Origin: Dipteris shenzhenensis
Taxonomy: Eukaryota
DNA length: 64,000 bases
Direction: 5' to 3' (one strand)
NCBI GenBank assembly: GCA_047967505.1
Contig: CM106538.1
Shown: in pieces, positions 54,356 through 64,000 of the stretch
Layout: every line of letters begins with the position of its first letter
How positions within the stretch are numbered: position 1 is the stretch's first letter
Translations under genes and position numbers: made by a program
Notes under the pieces: generated by a model
The model's input: the letters and a program-made list of their open reading frames with translations, nothing else
What the model was told of the DNA's origin: nothing
Databases searched by the model: none

Positions 54356-57300
54356 TGTTAGAAAATACCCAACAGAGGGTACACGTAGCGGAAGAGTTAT
54401 AGTTATGCCCAGGAGCTCACACAGTGTGTGGTGTGGGTGTAGAATCACAGACTTCTTTACTTATGTGCATTCAATAGGTGTGCAGACTCATTAATAGACA
54501 ATGAACCAATCAGATAGAGAAACCACCAAATAATATATTTCCGTCCACAACTATGGACACAATACAAAAGAGACAGATCCAGAGTCCCACCAATGGTGTG
54601 GTCCTCTGATCTTACCACAAAAGTCCTTCTCCTATCTGCTGGCTATCTCTAGACTAGAGTCCGCGTGCTCCACCTCGAGCGTGAGTAGACTTTCCGTCTA
54701 GAATGATCTTCTCCACCTTGCTGTCTAGAAACCAGTCTAGGTGGGCAGCTTCCTGCAAGCTAAGTCTGCAGCACAAGGTACTGCTTTCTCCTTCTGACTG
54801 TAGGCCCAAAGATAGCCCTGCTGCTGCTCCTTCTGCTGGTGGAATTGCTGCTCCAGATGATGATGAAATGAGGCCTGAATGGCCCCCTTATATAGCCCTC
54901 AAGGGCCTGGCCAAAAAAACCGACCCAGTCTGTATGAAAACCGACCAGACTGCTTGGGAAAAACTGCCCTTAAAGGGCTCACAATTCAGGCCTTTTATGG
55001 CCCAAACTTCCAGGGCTTTTGGCCCTCCATTCAAGGCAAATATGCAGCCTATAAAAGGCCTGCCACCTCCCCACTGCCAGTCACATTCCTTGCTGCAGAT
55101 CTGAGCCTGCACTCCCTGCCATGTCTGCGCCTCTGCAAACAGTGCGCCTCCATGTCCTAGATCCTGCGCAATCTGTCCCAGACTGTCTTGCTTCTGCTCC
55201 GTACTTTCCTGGCCCTGTGTCCTGCCCTTAACAGTCCTAGATGTGCTGCCCACATGCCAGCCATGATGCTGTCTATGTGGCAGCCCCTTTCTCTCATTTC
55301 CTGTTGGGTACTGCCCTAGGGCTCCCTCCCCCATGCTCTCCTCATATGGGGGCACACCCCCTCTCACCGACACATCTCAGCCCAATGCCAATACGTCGAT
55401 GAAGATGCTCCAGTAACTCCCTGGTCGTAGTCCTCTGGAACCTTTCGGTGTCGTAATCTTTTCCTGGGTTTTCATCCAGTGGCTCCTGCTCCATTAGGTC
55501 CGGTTCTGCTTCCGCACACCATCCTGGTACACAGGTCCATCTCTGGTAGCACCTCTTGGTACCACCTCCTTCAGTCGCATTCCCGCCTCTGAACTTGAGC
55601 AACCCAGCCGTCACGATCTTCCAGTCGTCCCCCTCATAATGAGTGAACAACCTGGAGTCTTCCAGGCACCATGCTCTGAGGGTTTATTTCAACCCGTCCT
55701 TCCTTTGGCAAGGTCTGCAACCAATGAATATTTCCAGATAACCTGGACCACGAACTCTCGCTGAGTTCTCAAGCAGGTACTCTTTTGGCTTCAGTACTCT
55801 TTGTCCACCACCTTCTAGCAATCTGCGTCCGAGATTTGAAGAAGCACCAAAACTTCCCCTTCTGCCTTCGAAGAAGGCCAATTCCTTCCAATCTCTTATC
55901 ACCTGAGACAAATGAAGAGCAGAATCTCCCCACAGCATGCTATAAAGACTCAAATGCAGAATATCAAATACATACCAGACTATTGTACTGCCTGAATGTT
56001 CGCTATGAAAGCAAACCCTGTACTTCAATAAGGCACCTGTCAAAATCCTGTGTAATCTTGTACTGTCCCCTTCTGAAGTCCAGCATCCATCTGACCATGG
56101 GACCCCAGGGCTTTCCATGGAATCCACTCTCGTGTCAGTGTCAACAGCTACACACCTGGAAGGTATCAAGCGCTCCATACTGTCCTTCACCTTCACAAAG
56201 GCATCTGACTCCTCGTCGACCCAACTCTCTATGTCAGACATCCTTACTGTGATTTCGGGATCAACATACCTGACCTCGGTAACACTCGGTGATGTCACCA
56301 GGAACAATTCTTCGATTACCACATTAGCTTTGGCCTTTCCCTCTGAATCTGGGTCAGACTCCTGTTTGTTTTTCAGATCTGCCTTTTTCTTTCTGCAGTC
56401 CTTTGCAAAATGTCTGGGCGTATCACAATAGAAACATTTCTTCTTGTGCTTCCTCTTCGAAGTCCCCTCGTCATCAGAGTCATCTTTATTGGACTTGCCA
56501 GTGTTAGGCTTGCCCTTTCCCTTACCTGCGGAATCCTTCACCAGCATCGCCTTGTCGTCTTTGTTCCCGTTGTAGAGCTTCTCCCGAGCTTCCTCCTGTA
56601 GCAGTAAGGGACACAACTCCTCAAATGTCAGAGGTTTGGTCCTTTGTCCTGCTGTCACAGCTGTAACAAAGCTCTTGAAACTCCGAGGCAATCTCCTCAG
56701 TACCATCAAGGCCAGATGGCATGAGTCTGTCTTCTGACCAATCGCTGCTAACTGATCCCGCGCCACCTTGACCTTCGTCAGATGATCATGCACCGTATCG
56801 CCTTCTTCCATATCAAGATTGTAGAGTTGATGCTGAAGAAGCACGATCCGGGAGGTATTATCTGTCTCGTACAGATCCTTCAGGGTGGCCCACGCCTCTA
56901 CTGACGTCTCGGCCAGCTGGATATGCGGAAGAACAGAGTCCGCTGTAGTCCCTATGATTATTGCCAGGGCATGGGCATCTCTTTCTTCCCAAGCTTCAAG
57001 CTCCTCTCTGTCTACTGCCATGAGTACCTTCCCTTTAGTGTCCACCATGTCTTCCGGCTTCGACTCCTCTCCCGTGGTCAGCTTCCACAACTTCCGAGCC
57101 ACTAAATGACTCCGGATCTTCACTTTCCAGATCGGGTAATTAGTCCCGTCCAGGTTGACTCTCCAAAGTTAGGGATAGTGAAAGAGAGAAAACTGGAGGA
57201 GGAGGAAGGGATAGCAGGGGCTGAAGAGGCTCTCGACATCTCTGCTGTATATACCGCACAGCAAAGTCAACCAAACTCAAATGCAGTAAACCAGAACTCT

Positions 57301-58491
57301 GAACGCACCTGACTGAACCTGAGTCACCCTCCTTCTCGCAAGGGCACAATCCTCCAGTCGTGGAAGTCGATTCCCTAGAGCTTCTGAATTAGGGTCGTCC
57401 TTCAGCAAGGTCCCTGCCTTCAGGCTCCCACACCAGTGAGCCTCCTACTTGGGCTCTGATACCATGTTAGAAAATACCCAACAGAGGGTACACGTAGCGG
57501 AAGACTTATAGTTATGCCCAGGAGCTCACACAGTGTGTGGTGTGGGTGTAGAATCACAGACTTCTTTACTTATGTGCATTCAATAGGTGTGCAGACTCAT
57601 TAATAGACAATGAACCAATCAGATAGAGAAACCACCAAATAATATATTTCCGTCCACAACTATGGACACAATACAAAAGAGACAGATCCAGAGTCCCACC
57701 AATGGTGTGGTCCTCTGATCTTACCACAAAAGTCCTTCTCCTATCTGCTGGCTATCTCTAGACTAGAGTCCGCGTGCTCCACCTCGAGCGTGAGTAGACT
57801 TTCTGTCTAGAATGATCTTCTCCACCTTGCTGTCTGGAAACCAGTCTAGGTGGGCAGCTTCCTGCAAGCTAAGTCTGCAGCACAAGGTACTGCTTTCTCC
57901 TTCTGACTGTAGGCCCAAAGATAGCCCTGCTGCTGCTCCTTCTGCTGGTGGAATTGCTGCTCCAGATGATGATGAAATGAGGCCTGAATGGCCCCCTTAT
58001 ATAGCCCTCAAGGGCCTGGCCAAAAAAACCGACCCAGTCTGTATGAAAACCGACCAGACTGCTTGGGAAAAACTGCCCTTAAAGGGCTCACAATTCAGGC
58101 CTTTTATGGCCCAAACTTCCAGGGCTTTTGGCCCTCCATTCAAGGCAAATATGCAGCCTATAAAAGGCCTGCCACCTCCCCACTGCCAGTCACATTCCTT
58201 GCTGCAGATCTGAGCCTGCACTCCCTGCCATGTCTGCGCCTCTGCAAACAGTGCGCCTCCATGTCCTAGATCCTGCGCAATCTGTCCCAGACTATCTTGC
58301 TTCTGCTCCGTACTTTCCTGGCCCTGTGTCCTGCCCTTAACAGTCCTAGATGTGCTGCCCACATGCCAGCCATGATGCTGTCTATGTGGCAGCCCCTTTC
58401 TCTCATTTCCTGTTGGGTACTGCCCTAGGTCTCCCTCCCCCATGCTCTCCTCATATGGGGGCTTACAGATGGGGAGGTGACCTTTCCAACA
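54356..58491 (-). mobile_element. Young non-autonomous copia derivative nested in the 5' LTR of the gag-only element
   Basis: TSD TTCCC at 54351-54355 and 58492-58496; LTRs 57465-58491 and 54356-55356 (about 5 substitutions plus a 26-bp deletion); PBS TGGTATCAGAGC 57453-57464; PPT TGAGAGGGGG 55357-55366. Confidence 0.96.
55342..57239 (-). pseudogene. Gag fused to a telescoped, catalytically altered Pol
   Basis: ATG at 57239, frameshift near 57155, ORF 57123-55684, single TAA, then same-frame ORF 55650-55342; Gag plus knuckle CFYCDTPRHFAKDC, then vestigial pol motifs. Confidence 0.8.
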
Positions 58492-59199
58492 TTCCCTACA
58501 TAAGTGGCAATCAGCCCCTACATCAGTGGGAATCAGTCCCTACATCAGTGGGATTGGCCTAAATCAAAGGAACCTCCCATGTGGGGGCCTTTGGCTTACA
58601 TCATCACTTAGGTCACACACTAGACACATCATAGCACTTGATGTGCCTTTACAACACACACAAACACACATGTGACTCCCCTAGATGCACACATGCACCA
58701 TAGAGCTAGCCCTTGATCACACTTATCCCAACAAGCTGGCCTAGTGATCTCTTCTCCAGTAAAGACAATTTTGGTTGTCATCGAGGAGATCGATGATCAA
58801 AAGAAGGGGGAGCCTCATGTGCTTCCCAACATGTTCTAGTTCTGTGGCTAGATTGTGGTCAAAAGTTCCTCATCTTGGGAGATTCTGAGAGTTAAGAGAA
58901 CATCTTCTCTAGCAAAGCAGCCAAGCACACTCGCTTCTTCTTTCACCCACAGATACAATTGCCTTGAATGGAGCATTCATTGGCCAATATGTTGAAAGCG
59001 GCACAGAGACCAAATCAGCCATGAGTGGATTGAAAGGTACACCAACTCATGTGCTTGAGTATGTGAGGGAATGCGGGATTGGGTTGCAACTTCCCCCCTC
59101 CGTAGAGGGTTTCTATTGTTTATTACTTTTTCCCAATAGGTTGAGATACAACTATTGCCAAAAGGCTGAAGTAAAGGCTGTAGAAAAAAAGGGCTATCC

Positions 59200-59916
59200 C
59201 TTCTTGTAGCATGGACATAGAGAGAGGTGGGCTGCGCCTCTTCTCATTTTTCCCGTTGGATGATCAAGCCCCTAGGGGGCTAGTCCTCCTGGATCTGTTG
59301 AGGCTAGTGAGAGAGCTCCCTTGCTCGTTACACTTACGTAGGCGTACGTGTGACAACATATTTTTATACTATGGTCTACACCCACTGTTGGGCGCTGATG
59401 ATGTCAGTGGGGATGTCATAGTAGCTAGTCCTTGCTATGCGTGATGGAGTTTATGGTTTTCAATCTTATGAGTGACTATCATGAGATTGAAACTGCACTA
59501 TGTTGTGTTTTTAGAGGATGAATGTTCCTGGATTCATCTAGGTATACTCATGGCGAAGGACTATTAGCTAGTGCCATAGCGGAAGTCTAGAGCGAAGTGG
59601 CTTAGCTCTCATTATTGTTGATTGATTAGACTCCTCATCGATAGCCTGCAGGTTCGAGTAGTGACACGTTATCCTTGAGGTGGATCATAGTGTGGTATGG
59701 TATGTTGTGGTTTTGTATCACTATCTAGGGCTTGAGAGTGAACTCTAAACTTTCAGCTCGGGGCTGATCCAGTCTATTTCTGGATCTATGGCTTCGGAGG
59801 TGAGCTTAATGCTTGGCTAGCAAGCTTTCATCTGTTTTTCTAATCTTGTGTTTTTCTAGCTTGATGCTTTATGAGAATTGGTTTGGCGGATGGGAACTTA
59901 ACATTGGTATTAGAGC
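59200..59916 (+). mobile_element. LTR fragment followed by PBS
   Basis: TTAACA end at 59903 then TGGTATTAGAGC at 59905-59916; left boundary uncertain. Confidence 0.5.
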
Positions 59917-60338
59917 CAACCTTGGGAAAGCAATCTAAAAACATGAGGATCACTTAGTGCCGAGTGATTGTGGGGTTGAGGCTTGCAAAAAAATCACATT
60001 TGCAAGCAGGTTGGGCTGCCTAGCAATTGCAATTTGCAGGACGGCTCATCCTGCAATTGCGATTTGAAGGTGCGTAAGCTACGATTTGTAATCTGGGATG
60101 CTTTGGTGATTGTCAATTGTCATTAGGAGGGTGATAGTGTATTGCAGTTTGCTGCGAAGCTGCCTCAGGTGGTGACAAATTGTAGGAAATGACCTTTGGA
60201 AGTGAATGCTAGCATTGTGGGATTACACAAGCATTTGCGAAGTAGGCTTAATGCTCAGGTAGGGGGATTTGCTAGTGGAAGTTGTTGCATGCTTTGTTGG
60301 CTGTGATTTCCACACAGGGATGTTGTTTACAGGCTGCG

Positions 60339-60540
60339 TGTTGGAAATTGGGATTATCAGGGTCTCCTGCCCACCTGTGATCCCCCAAATGAGGACATGG
60401 GGGAGGTAGACCAGCAACACAAGGGAAACGCCACATAGGCAGAGGAATGGGCTGCTGCTATGGGGGCAGATATGAGGGAATGTGCAGGGCTGCCACATAG
60501 GCAGCATGCAAGCTGCCATGTGGGCAGCATAGAGAGCAAA
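60339..60540 (+). mobile_element. 5' part of a related copia-type LTR
   Basis: TGTTGGAAA start, U3 hairpin motif, GCTGCCACATAG motifs shared with the 54356-58491 LTRs. Confidence 0.5.
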
Positions 60541-60740
60541 GTGAAACAGCTCCTAGTAAGTTAGTCGCCACTAACCTAGGGGTTCTAGGATCTCCTCTAT
60601 CTCTATGCTAACTTGCAAGATCAACAAGCGCCGGTATACAAGCACAGGGGCACCTTGGGTAAAGGCTACAGCCTAGTGTGTCATCACCCATCCGTATATC
60701 CCTCAGGATCACCCCCAAGCTAGAGGCTAGGCAACCTCCG

Positions 60741-61810
60741 TGTTGGAAAGGTCACCTCCCCATCTGTAAGCCCCCATATGAGGAGAGCATGGGGGGGTTG
60801 GACCTGGGAACTGATTGAAGGCCACATGGGCAGCACTATGGCTGCCATGGGCAGAGATCAGAGAAAGAAAGGAGCCACTGATGTGGCGATGATGTCAGCA
60901 ACAGTACGGGGGATGCCACGTGGCTGCACGGGGCTGGAAGGAGCCTCGCAAGAGGCAGAACCAGCAGGGCAGCACAGGCGCCTGCGTATGGCTGGTGGAG
61001 GGGGAGCCAGCAAGCCTGGTCGGTTTCAGAAAGGGCTGGTAGGGCTGGTCAGAGCCAGCCTACCAGGACTGAACCAAGGCAGGACAGGAGGGGCTGGACC
61101 CTGCAGTAAAATGGAGGGCTTTATGCCCTGGATCAAAGGCATGGAAAGGGCAAGTAAAGACCCTTATATAGGGACCTGGTTGGGCTGGTAGGGGCAGCCA
61201 ACCAGGTTGGTTTTTGTGCAGCAGATTGGTCGGCCATTGAGGGGCTGCCAGTCGGCTATTTTGACCAGGCCTTGGGCCTATAAAAGGAGAGGCCCTGGGC
61301 CTCACAAATGATCCAACAGTTCAGCAAACAAAGGAGAAGACAGGAGCAGCCTGAAGGCACTCCCTTGGGCCTCATCCTGGAGGTAGAGGAGAGTATAAGG
61401 TGTGCTGCAGACTGTGCTGGACCTTGGCTGTCTTCTAGGGCAGCAAGGTGTTGTGATTGGGACGAGGAGTCTACATACGCTCAAGGTGGAGCATGCGGGC
61501 TCGGTGTTCTAGAGATATCCGGCAGACAGTAGAATTACCTTTTGGTAAGATCAAAGGACCATGCTTTGGTGGGACTTTGGATCTATCGCTTTTGTATTGT
61601 GTCCATAGCTTTGGACGGAAATATATTCTTTTGGTGGTTTCTATATCTGGCTGGATCATTGTCTATTTACTAGTCTGCACATCTATTTGATGCACACAAG
61701 TTCAAGTTTGTGATTCCACTGCCCACACACACTATATGAGCTCCTGGGCTATTCTATCAGTCTTCCGCTGTGTGTACCCTCTGTTGGTCGATTTCTAACA
61801 TGGTATTAGG
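60741..61810 (+). mobile_element. 5' LTR (60741-61800) and PBS of a relative of the 54356-58491 element
   Basis: First about 55 bp identical to the reverse complement of the end of the LTR at 58491; ends TTTCTAACA; followed by TGGTATTAG. Confidence 0.85.
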
Positions 61811-62396
61811 TCGGCACAGTCTTCAAGACTCGCCTGCATGTGTAGACCTTCAAGGTTGTCACGAGGACGTGAAATTATGGGACTTTTGATTTGCGACTCC
61901 CATAATTTGCACGTGACTGCCTTGAGCCTCTGGGGCGCAAGGGTCCGGCCATGGGGTGGGACTTGGGGAATTAAGATTCCTAGTGGACCCTTGGAAATAG
62001 TTAATGTGCGCCCAGTTACTAGGCAATTAATTCCTGGGGCCAAAGTGTGCAACAGGGGGACCAAAAGAGTGGTGCAATAAAAAATTGCTATTTTTAGCAC
62101 AGGACTACAAAAGGGGCCCATGGCTCTTATTTTGAGTTCAGTTGGCCAAATCAGTTTCAGAAGCAGTCAGATCATCAGTTGTGACCTGCTAGGAGTTGGT
62201 AGAGCAAAAATCGCAGATTTTCAGGAGCTTGCCAAGTTAGGGTCTATACCAGCACATCCAGGACCTGCGAGGGAAAACGCACCAGATCCAAGGCCTGTTG
62301 CAGATTGCGATTTTTGCCAGGGGTGTTTGCTACAGATTGCGATCCAGTTTCCAGGTCCTCCGGGCTGTGCCAGGTGACTGCGTCCTTTTTTGGTAC

Positions 62397-64000
62397 TGTT
62401 TCCAAGTATTTCCGGGCTGCTACAGGGATTGCGATTCGTGAGAGTGCTCTCAACGGAAGCGGAACGGAAGAGGGAGAGAGAGAAACAGAGAGCCACACAA
62501 GTTTTTGGTGGGTGCAGAACACCCTAATCTTCTTTTTAATTCATTTATATATGTGTTTGAGTATTGTACATAACCGGGTAAAGGCACAGTGACCTTTAAC
62601 CCCCACAACCTCCCACTTAAAGGACAATGTGCCTTTAAGGGAGAACAACTAGTGAGCATACTATCCAATGCCCATCAATACACGACAATACTCAAACCGT
62701 TGACTAGGTAGACTCTTCGTCAGCATATCTGTAGGATTATCATCTGTATGAACCTTGACAAGCTCTATGCGCTTGTCCTCAAGTACCTTCCTAATGAAAT
62801 GGTACTTGACCTCAATGTGTTTGGTCTTTGTATGAAAGACCGGATTCCGTGCTAGCTGAATAGCACTCATGGAATCACTATGCAATGTCGGTACACCTGT
62901 ATGAATCCCCAAATCTCCCACTAGCCGATCAAGCCATATAGCTTTCTTGCAACCCTCTGTGGCTATAACATACTTAGCCTCTGTGGTAGACAAAGCAATG
63001 CACTTCTGTGCGCGAGACATCCACGACACTGTACCACCTGCAAAGGTGAACACATAACCAGAAGTGGATCTCCTACTATCCACATGCCCGCATAGTCTGA
63101 ATCTGTGTACCCAAGTACACGCATGTCTCCTCTACCAAAGCAGGTGCACATCTCCTTGATACCCTTCATGTATCTCATGATGCACCTAACTGCCTTCCAA
63201 TGCCTCTTTCCTAGATTAGCCATATACCGGCTAACAACTCCCACTGCAAATGCAATGTCTGGTCTAGTAGCTATCATAGCATACATAAGACTTCCAACCG
63301 CTGATGCATAAGGAACCTTGGCCATCATGGCCCTCTCCTCATCTGATTTGGGACTATCTGTATGACTCAGTTTCACATATGGAGGCAATGGAGTACTCAC
63401 TGCTTTCCTCCCCTCCATATTGAAACACTGCAATACTTTTGTAACATACTCCTTGTGTGAAAGCCAAAGGAGTTTTCACGCGTGATGCGCATACCAAGAA
63501 TATGACGTGCAAGTCCCAAATCCTTCATATCGAAGGCCTCATGCAACTTGGACTTTAGCATCTAGCTCATAAGTATTCTTGCTAGCCAATAGCATATCAT
63601 CCACATATAGTGCCAGGAGTATCAGGCTATTATCCTTAGTCCTTTTAGTGTAGAGGCAGTGATCAATTTCACTCCTTCTAAAACCCTGGGACCGAATGAA
63701 AGCATCAAACTTCTGATTCCATTCTCTAGGTGCTTGCTTAAGACCATAGAGACTCTTCTTCAGCTTGCAAACTAAATGCTCTTTGTCCTTTTCTTCAAAG
63801 CCTTCTGGTTGCACCATGTAAATTTCCTCATGCAGATCCCCATGCAAGAAAGATGTCTTGACATCCATCTGCATAAGCTCCATATCCTTTGCTGCCACTA
63901 GGCCAAGCATGCATCTAAGTGTGGTCATCTTCACAATCGGAGAGAATATCTCATCAAAGTCCACACCCTTCTCTTGCTTGAACCCTTTAGCGACCAAACG
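62397..64000 (-). mobile_element. Ty1/copia 3' end (RT, RNase H, PPT, putative 211-bp 3' LTR), runs off the window
   Basis: QMDVKTSFLHG, YGLKQAPREW, LYVDDML, PYASAVGSLMYAM, YTDSDYAG, LSTTEA, HIEVKYHF; PPT AAGTGGGAGGT then TGTGGG at 62607; frameshifts present. Confidence 0.9.

Larger units (their letters stand above)
51716..58733 (-). mobile_element. Gag-only non-autonomous LTR retrotransposon (TR-GAG-like)
   Basis: TSD AGCTG at 51711-51715 and 58734-58738; 3' LTR 51716-52091; 5' LTR 54217-54355 plus 58497-58733 (split by insertion); PBS TGGTATCAAAGC 54203-54214; PPT GAGGGAGGG about 52094-52102. Confidence 0.93.
50150..59200 (-). mobile_element. Probable degenerate LINE that hosts the nested LTR elements
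   Basis: Minus-strand VGVPF (KYLGVPF-like) and LPKMRNF motifs near 58850-59050; flanks join across TSD AGCTG. Confidence 0.35.

Noticed and set aside
54703-55373. ORFs of 93-161 aa duplicated at 57812-58443
   Set aside because: They lie inside LTRs; duplication reflects LTR identity and they carry no protein motifs.

Overview
Eukaryotic, land-plant genomic DNA. A fern-like, large and TE-rich genome is my inference from the PLS-PPR remnant, iMet-primed LTR elements and CpG-depleted repeats. There is one clear host gene: a 10-exon cytoplasmic poly(A)-binding protein (minus strand, 27996-31648, 640 aa). A possible first exon of a second gene sits in a CpG-rich patch near 49.5 kb. The rest is mostly stacked retroelements: a near-intact Ty1/copia (72-5553, TSD ACACA); degenerate Ty3/gypsy, copia and LINE pieces; a non-coding LTR element (37913-41468); and a nested pair of non-autonomous LTR elements (51716-58733 hosting 54356-58491). 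The most striking observation is the inner element. Its LTRs are nearly identical, its Gag is closely related to that of the copia at 72-5553, and the Gag runs in frame into about 300 aa of 'telescoped' Pol, in which short, catalytically altered vestiges of protease, integrase, RT and RNase H keep their order. Other notable signals: a gag-only element with two zinc knuckles, a gypsy remnant with a retropepsin after integrase, a PPR fragment captured between a PBS and gag, and a covarying stem-loop at the U3 edge of several LTR families. All homology calls are by-eye motif recognition; no searches were run.
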